Shown piece after piece: positions 19,683 to 28,207 of a DNA stretch of 64,000 bases. The notes beneath the pieces were generated by a model. It was not told where the DNA came from. It made no database searches and saw only the letters and a list, made by a program, of their open reading frames with translations. The position numbers and the translations under genes were made by a program. Every line of letters starts with the position of its first letter. Position 1 is the stretch's first letter. The stretch is from Candidatus Bathyarchaeia archaeon (lineage in GTDB: Archaea > Thermoproteota > Bathyarchaeia > Bathyarchaeales > Bathycorpusculaceae), in assembly GCA_049516875.1 (NCBI GenBank), contig JBEKSS010000003.1, forward strand, positions 174,759 through 238,758. The letters are read 5' to 3'.

Positions 19683-21029
19683 TCAAACACTGTGAGAGTA
19701 GCGAGCTCTAACGAGCACCTTGGTCGGCCTTGGCAGAGCCATCCCGTTGGCTATCCACTCGCCCGTCGTCAACTGAGGCAGCAGAGCAGACTTCTCGCCA
19801 ACCGTGTTCTTGAGGTGCTCCAGGTCTGCATTACCCGTCGTCCTTCCCATCAACTGGGTGCCCATCTGAGACAAAACCGTCCCGCTGATCTCAGCCGGGT
19901 GCTGCGAAAGCAGCAGCAGCGAGACCCCTGCCTTTCTTCCTTCGGAGGCAACTTTTCTAAGCGTCTTCGCCTCAACCATCTCAGCGTCTTCAATCACCAA
20001 CACAAAAGGTTCCACGCTCCTGTCAAACCTGGCACTCCAAAAACTCCTGATTATACACGTGAAAAGGCTGCCCCGCTCTTCGGCAGCCAAGCCCTTGGCA
20101 TCAACAACCGTCACCTGTTCAGGCTTGACTCCCTCCATCAACGCGTCCTTGATCTCGATCTCAGTCTTCTCGTCGCACACCTTCCCCCACCGACTGGAAA
20201 TGCCTCTGACAGAATACCTGTCCTCTCTCGCGAGCTCAACCCCGCACTTCTTCAGAGTCTTCGTCGTCCCTTCAACATCGCTGGCGTACACTGAAACCTT
20301 GAAGTCAAAGGGATAATCCTTAGCCGATGCAAAACCTTCCGCATCCAGCTCTTTAAGGCGCTTTCCAACCACACCAACAGTCACGTACTCGCCGTAGGCA
20401 TCCAACACGACCACGGGGCATCGGCATTTGTTCGCCAACTCCTCAACGATGACAGCACCCGCGTGAGTCTTCCCTACTCCGGACATCCCAGTGATAAGAA
20501 AATGCTGCTTCACAAAGTCCTCACCGTTAAGATAGAAATTTAGCGGTCTAGAATCCCCGTTTCCATAAGCCGCACGCGATTCCAACGTTCCCACGTGAAG
20601 AGCGTGCCCAAACCGTTTCCCATCCTGATTCCTCAGGAAAACATCCTCCAGAAACTCGTAAAACGGCAAGTAGACCTTGCTTCCCGGCGACGGCGGCACC
20701 GACAACCTGCGCAACGGCCGCGCGTCAGCATCCCTGAGGTCCACGTACCCCAGTATCTCACCCGTAGCCAAGGTCTCAACAGTCTTCTCATTAACAGTCG
20801 TCCCGACAACCTGCTCGTAATTCCTGATTTCCTTCACCACAGCCAGCAACGGGCACAACTCGCCGTAAACGGGGTGATCCACCATGACGTAGTCTTCCAT
20901 CCCAATCCACATCCTATTCCTCAGGGGGGTCACAAAAAAACCGAACTGACGCGTACTCGTATCGCTCGTTACAATCCCCACGTGCTCCCTCAGCCGAATC
21001 TCGTTCTGACTCATCAAGACCGCCTGCAA
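19683..21029 (-). CDS. HerA-like ATPase (HAS-barrel + DUF87), shortened
   Basis: HAS barrel with 'PPSPGSKVY', HFLITGMSGVGKT, VVLDAYGEY, EGRKAGVSLLLLSQHP and VLSQMGT. Confidence 0.85.
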   Translation of the reverse strand: MQAVLMSQNEIRLREHVGIVTSDTSTRQFGFFVTPLRNRMWIGMEDYVMVDHPVYGELCPLLAVVKEIRNYEQVVGTTVNEKTVETLATGEILGYVDLRDADARPLRRLSVPPSPGSKVYLPFYEFLEDVFLRNQDGKRFGHALHVGTLESRAAYGNGDSRPLNFYLNGEDFVKQHFLITGMSGVGKTHAGAVIVEELANKCRCPVVVLDAYGEYVTVGVVGKRLKELDAEGFASAKDYPFDFKVSVYASDVEGTTKTLKKCGVELAREDRYSVRGISSRWGKVCDEKTEIEIKDALMEGVKPEQVTVVDAKGLAAEERGSLFTCIIRSFWSARFDRSVEPFVLVIEDAEMVEAKTLRKVASEGRKAGVSLLLLSQHPAEISGTVLSQMGTQLMGRTTGNADLEHLKNTVGEKSALLPQLTTGEWIANGMALPRPTKVLVRARYSHSV

Positions 21030-21180
21030 CGATTCCCACTTATCGGCCCCAACATTTTAACTTATTGCACACGAGTTTTGCTAACTCTTAGGGGCTTGAG
21101 CGTATTTTGGAACTGCCTGTCAACCAGAGGATCTTAATCAAGAATCCACATGCACAGCTGACAGAAAATGGAGACGGACT

Positions 21181-21690
21181 CTAGTACCAGTATGTTACCG
21201 TCACTGTCTCCGAGGCACCAGTAGAAAAGTTCCCGTTAATCACTCGAACACCTATGTTGTTTGCGGGAAGAACAGGAAACGATGCTGAACCGCCTGAACC
21301 AACGTTTACTGTATTGTCATAGTTAACTTCGTTCCACGAGTATGACACTTCAACATACGTGTTGGAAATCGAAGAAGACAGAACATCCACAACGACATAG
21401 CCCGCATAGCTTACCGAGTAAGACCAAGAAGTGAAGTTTCCTGCTGGTTGATTTATCGATTCATTATTCACCCAAATCGTTGAATTAGACAAATTAACTA
21501 TGGCAGTGAGCCTGTCAATTGTGGTATTAGCAAACGTAATCTGGTTTTTAAGGTCGGCCATTTGAGAATCCTTATTGTTTAGCATTGACGTGTAGTCAAC
21601 CACTACTCCAACCACAGCAACCAACAGAACAATGCATAACCCTCCGATTCCTATTGCAACGTTTCTGTTCACAACTTTCTTTTCACTCAT
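21181..21690 (-). CDS. Membrane-anchored exported protein, paralog of 17668-18193
   Basis: Near-identical protein and flanking DNA. Confidence 0.82.
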   Translation of the reverse strand: MSEKKVVNRNVAIGIGGLCIVLLVAVVGVVVDYTSMLNNKDSQMADLKNQITFANTTIDRLTAIVNLSNSTIWVNNESINQPAGNFTSWSYSVSYAGYVVVDVLSSSISNTYVEVSYSWNEVNYDNTVNVGSGGSASFPVLPANNIGVRVINGNFSTGASETVTVTYWY

Positions 21691-21741
21691 TTCTGAAGCA
21701 CCGGCTTCTCTTTTTCGCCCCTGGCAAATATAAGATTTTTT

Positions 21742-22075
21742 ATGCAGGCCATGCCGTTAACTGAGTGGGTGACCCGCGTGAAAGATGAGCCGCTCACAAT
21801 TCGCTCGGCAGAAATCAGTGATTACTCTGCTTGTTTACCTCTTTTCAAACTGCTTTACCCTGGAAACATAGGCCCAAACTTCCAAAATCTTTTCCCAAAA
21901 TATGCCGAGCGGGACGCAATTCTGTTAGCTGAAGCATCTGATAAACTACTTGGAATCTTGATGGGAAGCCATAATTTAGATATTGATTGTGAAGGGAGAA
22001 TCGCAAGGGTTGACGCAGTAGTAGTGGATGAGAACCATCGAATGAAAGGAATCGGCAAAAGACTCGTAAAATGCT
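21742..22075 (+). pseudogene. GNAT acetyltransferase, 3'-truncated
   Basis: IRSAEISD and 'VDAVVVDENHRMKGIGKRLV' motif A; similarity stops exactly at tagcgcgc (22076). Confidence 0.7.
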
Positions 22076-22347
22076 TAGCGCGCTCCAAGGTATTGATGGT
22101 TTTCCTTTTACCAACCGACGGCTTTGCAGACGGCGGATACACGTGCCCACAGCAAAAAAAGCGCGGAAGCAGAAGCTCTAACGGAATTCGTCTTCAACTA
22201 TGCTACCGGGCTCGTTCAATCTGCATCAGATGGCCAATGGATATGGTAACCTTGACGATGGCATAGGAGCATTTCCCCAACACCTCAATGCTTATATCGA
22301 TATCGGTTTTTCGTAGGCGCGCGCGAAAGAGTGACGGTTGCAAGCAG

Positions 22348-22680
22348 TTACTTGCCAAACATGGATTCTACGAAAAGGTGAACGTTTTCGATGTTGAGCA
22401 GAATGTTCGTGATTTTTTCTTCTCCCTTCTTGGTTAGTTTGTAGACCCTCTTTCTGTTGACCACGATGCCCTCCACAAGTTCTTTTCTCTCCATAGCGTA
22501 CATCACTGAGTATACAGTGCCAGGGGAAGGAAGCGTGTAGAACTTTCTGCGAAATGAAGTGATAATGTCATAGCCGCTCATACCTGCACTGTTTCTGAGT
22601 TCTTTCAAGATTACAAGATCCATAAAACTTCTGATAAGCCGTTCACGCAACTCTTCAGAAATCCTCCGCAACATGTTCAT
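22348..22680 (-). CDS. PadR-family transcriptional regulator
   Basis: MSGYDII, SPGTVYSVMYAMERKELV and RKRVYKLTKKG. Confidence 0.9.
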   Translation of the reverse strand: MNMLRRISEELRERLIRSFMDLVILKELRNSAGMSGYDIITSFRRKFYTLPSPGTVYSVMYAMERKELVEGIVVNRKRVYKLTKKGEEKITNILLNIENVHLFVESMFGK

Positions 22681-22769
22681 CAGACTCCGAATGGAACTCG
22701 GAATTGTGTTTTCAAAGTTTATTTGACTTTCGGTGCAAAAAAATACAAAAAATGGCAAAAAGTGAAAAG

Positions 22770-23903
22770 CTAGGTAGCTTCCAGGAACCGCTTCACTGTG
22801 GACTGCAACTTTTCCAAGTATGCCTCATGGTCGTACAGCCACGTGTTGTCCTTGAACAATTGATAAGGGATAGTATCTCTCTGTGTCTTAGCCAAGTCTT
22901 GAATGACATATTCATAAGTGTTCAAGAACCCAGCCCTCACCAGTTTTGAAAGCGCTTCGGTGAGATTTCTTAACTGCTGTCTTGGCAAGTATACTTGGAC
23001 GAATAGCTGATTCCTGCCATACACTTTTCCCGCCGCTCTGGCAAACGGCTTGTTCATTAATGAACAAGCGAATTTGGTAAGACTCTCATAACTGTTGAAG
23101 ACAAATCGGAAATAATGCGTGTCTGGAGATAATCCTTTATAATGATCTGCTAGGATTTGGGGGTTTTCGAACATTTTCTCTTTGATGACGTGGTTTTCCA
23201 GATGATATTTCACTCCTTGCGAGCTTATGCCGAGCATTTTGGCTATATCTTTCAACTTGATAACACAATTCTTTTCAAATTCTTTTAATATCATAATGTC
23301 TATCCAATCTGCCTTCTGTGGGTAACCGTCAGGATCTTTAAGTGTGTAAGGCAGCCTTCCTTTCTTCGTCATGACTTCTTTTAACCATGAATCCCACGAA
23401 AAGATCCATTCTTCAGAGGCGTTGTCAAACCATGCGCTTGTCACGTTTATGTTTTGGAAACATGTGGAAAAGTAAAATTTAACGTTACATACTGAATCCA
23501 ACTCTTCAAGCTTGTGCAAGAACTCTTCAAATTCTTTTTCTTTTCCTGCAGGGATTCCGTATATCGCCAAACACTTGGGAGACCCAACACATTGACTTAC
23601 GTACAACCAATAATCATTGGTTTTTAAGCACTGATAAAGTAGTTCCTCATAACCTGGCCTTGACTCCGCGAAAACTACGACTTTTCTAAGTCCGATGTGA
23701 GTATGGTAGATGTTTCCTTGAAGAAACAGAGAAAAATAGGAGCGTAGATAGTTGATTCTGCGGCGCAGGGTTGCGGTAGGCATGTTGAGCTTCGCTGCAA
23801 CTTTTGACACGTTTCTTGGGCCATATAACGCCAATCCTTCCAGTACTTTTACATCGATGCCGTGAACCTTATTCTGCTTGCAGGGCTTCACTCGTTTAAT
23901 CAA
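22770..23903 (-). CDS. Tandem Lrp/AsnC-like regulator (two HTH + RAM-like units)
   Basis: 'IDVKVLEGL...GPRNVSKVAAKLNMPTATLRRRI' and 'DWIDIMILKEFEKN..IKLKDIAKMLGISSQGVKYH'. Confidence 0.8.
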   Translation of the reverse strand: MIKRVKPCKQNKVHGIDVKVLEGLALYGPRNVSKVAAKLNMPTATLRRRINYLRSYFSLFLQGNIYHTHIGLRKVVVFAESRPGYEELLYQCLKTNDYWLYVSQCVGSPKCLAIYGIPAGKEKEFEEFLHKLEELDSVCNVKFYFSTCFQNINVTSAWFDNASEEWIFSWDSWLKEVMTKKGRLPYTLKDPDGYPQKADWIDIMILKEFEKNCVIKLKDIAKMLGISSQGVKYHLENHVIKEKMFENPQILADHYKGLSPDTHYFRFVFNSYESLTKFACSLMNKPFARAAGKVYGRNQLFVQVYLPRQQLRNLTEALSKLVRAGFLNTYEYVIQDLAKTQRDTIPYQLFKDNTWLYDHEAYLEKLQSTVKRFLEAT

Positions 23904-23969
23904 GGACTATCGCTGTGTATTTACTGCAACAAGGAATTCTTAGCACTTTCCCCTAACGGTTTGATATCC

Positions 23970-24200
23970 TTATGGATGTCCCCCACCGCCCACCGGGTCG
24001 CCGCCGCATAGTGTGTATCGGCCGTCTGCTGGGTCGCTGATGTATGTCAGGGTTACACTGTTTTCGCTACCAACGCGGTTTGCGGGATTACCCGTCATCG
24101 CGTGGACTGCATACAAGCCTATGGAAACCATCGTGACAGCAAAGACTGCTGAGCATAGCAAGACCGAAAGCAGTAGGGATTTACCAATATTCAAATTCAT
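23970..24200 (-). CDS. Small secreted peptide/precursor ending ...LCGGDPVGGGGHP
   Basis: Strong RBS aggaggtga a few nt upstream of the ATG; signal peptide with VHA cleavage motif; co-oriented with the regulator. Confidence 0.75.
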   Translation of the reverse strand: MNLNIGKSLLLSVLLCSAVFAVTMVSIGLYAVHAMTGNPANRVGSENSVTLTYISDPADGRYTLCGGDPVGGGGHP

Positions 24201-24330
24201 GACGTTTTCACCTCCTTCACTTTTGGTCAGAAAAATGTATGAACTCGACCAAAAATAAAAACGTATGGAGCAGTGCGCACTTATTCCTAAAATGATTAGA
24301 GTCCTGACGAGCTAGGGCACAGTCTTTTCA

Positions 24331-24513
24331 TTGCTTTATTCTATCGAAGGAAACGGCTGGATAAAGGGCGCCTGGAACCAGCGAAAAAGAGTCTATGCGC
24401 TAACCGAGGAGGGAGAACGGCACGTGGAAGTCATCGAAGAATCAGCCGAGGAAACCCGAGACTTCCTAAGGGGCATCTCGTTGCTCAATGCACCCAGCGG
24501 ACCACCAAATTAG
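24331..24513 (+). pseudogene. PadR C-terminal fragment
   Basis: 'LYSIEGNGWIKG..NQRKRVYALTEEG'; the N-terminal half is missing. Confidence 0.65.
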
Positions 24514-24671
24514 CTTTCCGACACCGTTACTTTTTTTACCTCTGCAAGCCATGGGATACTGGGCAGGTCTTTTGAAAGACTCTCGAATATCTCCTTCTCA
24601 ATCTCCTCATTTGATTTCTCTGCACTCTCTTCAACAAGCTGGATGATGATGACAGCCTTTTTTGTTTTCAA
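24510..24671 (-). CDS. Small hypothetical protein (53 aa), not in the ORF track
   Basis: Manual translation from TTG: MKTKKAVIIIQLVEESAEKSNEEIEKEIFESLSKDLPSIPWLAEVKKVTVSES; beta-alpha-beta pattern. Confidence 0.6.
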   Translation of the reverse strand: MKTKKAVIIIQLVEESAEKSNEEIEKEIFESLSKDLPSIPWLAEVKKVTVSES

Positions 24672-24753
24672 TCATAGTTCCCGCTCTATATGAGATCATT
24701 AGAAGAGAAAAAGGTTGTGACTCATGCATGAGTCAACGTGAACCTGAAAACAA

Positions 24754-24927
24754 TCATTCACTCTCGAATCTTATTCTGTGAATACGCCAACAGTAGTGAA
24801 GCCTAACGGCATCTTTAACAAAATCTGCGTTGCTAGAGTATCCCCACTCTGGATGATCCTTAATGAGCAGCTCGATTGCCTCAAGCATCTTGGAAGGCAA
24901 CTTGACAGTTCTATATTGCTTGGTCAA
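24754..24927 (-). CDS. Ribbon-helix-helix (CopG-like) protein, 57 aa, not in the ORF track
   Basis: Manual translation: MTKQYRTVKLPSKMLEAIELLIKDHPEWGYSSNADFVKDAVR...; classic RHH strand-helix-GYSS-helix. Confidence 0.75.
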   Translation of the reverse strand: MTKQYRTVKLPSKMLEAIELLIKDHPEWGYSSNADFVKDAVRLHYCWRIHRIRFESE

Positions 24928-25265
24928 CTCCGAAAGCCAGCCGAGATCCGTTTCTTCTCTACAGGCTTCAGAAAAACCAAAGATTAAACTTGTGAAAGCA
25001 AAATATGGAGACCCAGTTTTTACAATTCAGATTTCGACTTCAACCTTAAAGCTAATCTCCAAAAGCTCCAGGATACTCTGTTTGATGTTGAAGAACATCC
25101 TCTTGAAAACGTAGAGAATTATCAACAAAACAAGGATGGTGATACCGCTCAAGAATAGCGAACGGCACGCGCAGGTGAATATGATGACGGGGGAAAATTG
25201 TTTAAGAAGCAAAAACTGTTATACCTTGGCTCCCAAAGCTAAAAAGGCCTGTAGCCCAGGTGAAA

Positions 25266-25344
25266 GGGCCCGTGGTCTAGGCTGGATTAGGACGCTGGCC
25301 TGCGGAGCCGGAGATCCAGGGTTCAAATCCCTGCGGGCCCGCCA
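25266..25344 (+). tRNA. tRNA-Arg (GCG), CCA encoded
   Basis: GGGCCCG/CGGGCCC acceptor stem, anticodon arm CTGGC-CTGCGGA-GCCGG, T-arm CAGGG-TTCAAAT-CCCTG and 3' GCCA. Confidence 0.96.
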
Positions 25345-25489
25345 AAACCCTCCCTTGCAACCTGCCCTATGAAGATTGAGATGTAGGATGTCGTGCCTGC
25401 GTTTCGTCCAGTGTTTAGGTGCTGAGGTTCAGACAAAAAAGGAATTTCCTTAAGAGACCATACAATACTATGGGTTTGGAAGGAGACTG

Positions 25490-26407
25490 ATGCCCGAAGT
25501 CCTCATCAGAGCAGAGAGCCTGACCAAGAAGTATGACGATTTCTTGGCAGTGGACAGGATAGACTTTGAGGTTTTCAAGGGTGAGTGCTGCGGTTTCCTC
25601 GGGCCTAACGGTGCAGGGAAAACGACAACCATAAAGATGATTCACTGCGTTCTGCCTTTGACTTCGGGCAGCTTAACTGTGGCCGGTATGAATGTTTCTG
25701 AAAAGCCTAGAGAAATAAAGAAAATGATAGGCGTTGCTCCTCAGGAAGAAAACCTTGACCCAGACTTCGCAGTCATCACAAACCTTCTCGTGTACGCTCG
25801 ATACTTTGACGTCCCAAAGCCTGAAGCCGTCAAACGCGCAGAAAACCTTCTCAAATTTTCCCAGTTGGAAGAAAAGCGAAACGTCATCATTGACCAGCTG
25901 TCAACCGGCATGAAAAGACGGCTGATACTGGCCAGAGCGTTGATTAATGAGCCGCATATCCTCCTGCTTGATGAGCCCACAACGGGCCTCGATCCGCAGG
26001 CGCGGCATCTGATTTGGGACAAAGTCAGAGGCCTAAGAAAGCAGGGTGTCACCATAATCTTGACCACGCATTACATGGATGAAGCAGCTGAACTCTGCGA
26101 CCGCACACTGATAATGGATCACGGCAAAATCATCGAAGAAGGCAAACCTGCCGACCTGGTCAAGAAGCACGTTGGCGAAGACGTTCTCGAAGTAGACTAT
26201 GACGCTGAGATGATGAAGACCTTGCAGGAAAAGTTTCCCGAAGCCATGCTGGAAACGGTGGGCGACAGGATTCGAGTGTTCACCGCTCAACCCCACGGCG
26301 TCTTTGAAGACTTCCTCAAGAACTTTCCAACCAAGGGTGCGACAATCCGAAACGCCAACTTGGAAGACGTTTTCCTGAAATTGACTGGGAGGCAGCTTAG
26401 AGAATGA
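25490..26407 (+). CDS. ABC-2 exporter ATP-binding protein (NodI/DrrA-like)
   Basis: GPNGAGKTT, LSTGMKRR, LLDEPTTGLD and TTHYMDEA. Confidence 0.95.
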   Translation: MPEVLIRAESLTKKYDDFLAVDRIDFEVFKGECCGFLGPNGAGKTTTIKMIHCVLPLTSGSLTVAGMNVSEKPREIKKMIGVAPQEENLDPDFAVITNLLVYARYFDVPKPEAVKRAENLLKFSQLEEKRNVIIDQLSTGMKRRLILARALINEPHILLLDEPTTGLDPQARHLIWDKVRGLRKQGVTIILTTHYMDEAAELCDRTLIMDHGKIIEEGKPADLVKKHVGEDVLEVDYDAEMMKTLQEKFPEAMLETVGDRIRVFTAQPHGVFEDFLKNFPTKGATIRNANLEDVFLKLTGRQLRE

Positions 26408-27207
26408 AGAGGCGTGACCGAATCGCGGCAAGCTTCAAGCTTCCCGAGCTGACGTACCGCGTTTGGAAAGTGTGGCAGCGAAACTTTGACGTGTTCATGA
26501 AAACGTGGAAAGTGAACTTTTTCCCGCCTCTGCTCGAGCCCATCTTTTATCTAGTCGCCATGGGCTTCGGGCTTGGCCAGCTCGTTAAAACCGTAGAAGG
26601 CGTACCGTACATACAGTTCATTGCCCCCGCATTGGTGGCCATTTCAGTAATGAACAGCTCATTCTTTGAGTGCACCTACGGCTCGTTCGTGCGGATGTAC
26701 TACCAAAAGACCTTCGACGGCATCATCGCCACACCCATAAGCGTTGAAGAGGTCATAGCCGGAGAACTGCTTTGGGGAGCAACGCGAAGCCTGATAAGCT
26801 CAACCATAGTCCTAGGCGTCGTCGCAGCCTTCGGCCTGATAAGCAGCCCCCTGTTCATCCTGATCCTACCAATCGCGTTCTTGGGCGGCCTGATGTTTTC
26901 ATCAATAGGCATGTGTTTCACAGCAATCGCGCCCAACATAGACTTCTTCAACTACCCCGGATTCCTGTTCATAATCCCAATGTTCCTGCTCAGCAACACG
27001 TTTTTTTCGCTCAGCAATTTTCCCCAAGCCCTGCAGACTTTCGCAGTGGCCGTCCTTCCTCTCGTGCATCAAGTAACGCTGACCAGAGGATTAATGCTGG
27101 GAAACCTTCAGTCCCTAATGCTTCTCAGCATCATCTGGATCGCAGCTGTCACGCTTTTCTTCTTCATTCTAAGCATAAACTTTATGAAAAAAAGACTCGT
27201 CAAATAG
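26404..27207 (+). CDS. ABC-2 exporter permease (NodJ-like)
   Basis: Six TM with 'Y..FIAPAL' and 'FFECTYGSFVRM..QKTF'; ATGA overlap with the ATPase. Confidence 0.93.
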   Translation: MKRRDRIAASFKLPELTYRVWKVWQRNFDVFMKTWKVNFFPPLLEPIFYLVAMGFGLGQLVKTVEGVPYIQFIAPALVAISVMNSSFFECTYGSFVRMYYQKTFDGIIATPISVEEVIAGELLWGATRSLISSTIVLGVVAAFGLISSPLFILILPIAFLGGLMFSSIGMCFTAIAPNIDFFNYPGFLFIIPMFLLSNTFFSLSNFPQALQTFAVAVLPLVHQVTLTRGLMLGNLQSLMLLSIIWIAAVTLFFFILSINFMKKRLVK

Positions 27208-27269
27208 AAGAGTACAAGCTCAGAGAAGTCACGTGGCCAGCGTGTGTTCCGGCTCAACATTCTGCCATT

Positions 27270-28130
27270 CTAGCCTGCGGCTTCGAAGCCTTTCAACAGA
27301 GCGTCTATGTCTCTTCCCACGTTTTCGCCTGAGTATCCGCCTTCTAACACAAAGAACGTGGGCTTCTTCAATCCGGCAACCCTTTTTCCTATACCCTGAT
27401 AGGCTTTCTCTGTCAGGCCGAGCGACGCTAGGTCTCCGTCGTGCGTGTCAAACCCAGCTGAAACAGCCACCACTTCAAACTTGCCGGTGTCAACAGTGCC
27501 TAACGCTTTCTCAAGAGCCTTCAAGTAGAAGGTGTCTCCACAGTCTCGCGGTAACGGATAGTTCAGGCAGTTCCCTTCAGAAACAGTGCCTGTGCCAGGA
27601 TAGTTTGGATGCCTGTGCAGGGAAACGTACGCCACTTTCTTGTCGCCGCGGAAGATTTCTTGGGTTCCGTTTCCATGATGCCCGTCAATGTCCAAGATCA
27701 AAGTGGGCTTGTCCAAGCTTTTCACAGCGATTGCGACATTGTTGAAATAGCAGAATCCTCTTGTAGCCGCGCCCAAAGCCGTACCGCTCCTTCCTGCATG
27801 ATGTCCAGGTGGACGCATAAGCGAGAACCCCTTGACATTCGCCGCCAAGATCGCTCCTCCAGCTGAAAGTCTTGCATACTCAAAAATGTTGTCATAAGCC
27901 GGGGTGTCGCCGTCCTCAACCAGTCCCTTCTTGACCGCCCACAGGTATTCGCTGTCATGAACCCTGAGCAAATCCTCCTCTGACGCTGGTTCGGGCTTCA
28001 AAAACTCGTAGCCCTTACCGCTCAGGATTTCATGGGCTTTCCCGACTCTTTCAGGTCCTTCAACATGCCAGGACCCGTAGCCTAGACATTTACCCGAAAA
28101 CACGATTTTCGTCCTCATAACCACGCGCAC
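27270..28130 (-). CDS. Histone deacetylase family protein (AcuC/acetylpolyamine amidohydrolase-like)
   Basis: RPPGHHA, GFCYFNN, DIDGHHGNGTQ, SAGFD and LEGGY. Confidence 0.93.
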   Translation of the reverse strand: MRVVMRTKIVFSGKCLGYGSWHVEGPERVGKAHEILSGKGYEFLKPEPASEEDLLRVHDSEYLWAVKKGLVEDGDTPAYDNIFEYARLSAGGAILAANVKGFSLMRPPGHHAGRSGTALGAATRGFCYFNNVAIAVKSLDKPTLILDIDGHHGNGTQEIFRGDKKVAYVSLHRHPNYPGTGTVSEGNCLNYPLPRDCGDTFYLKALEKALGTVDTGKFEVVAVSAGFDTHDGDLASLGLTEKAYQGIGKRVAGLKKPTFFVLEGGYSGENVGRDIDALLKGFEAAG

Positions 28131-28207
28131 CCGTTTCCAGATAGATTGATATTTTTCAAATTAAAATATAACTTCACCTCTTAAACTGTTGGAGAAACAT
28201 CAACAAA

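Noticed and set aside
17668-21690. Paralog pair as DGR TR/VR
   Set aside because: Differences are not restricted to adenines, both copies are coding, and there is no RT gene.
25247-25265. ggcctgtagcccagg resembling a tRNA 5' fragment or split tRNA
   Set aside because: Too short, with no cloverleaf or recognisable BHB partner; the downstream tRNA is complete.
13400-25344. Accessory region as a tRNA-Arg-integrated island
   Set aside because: No integrase is present and no duplicated tRNA end (att) was seen; the region lies 5' of the tRNA.
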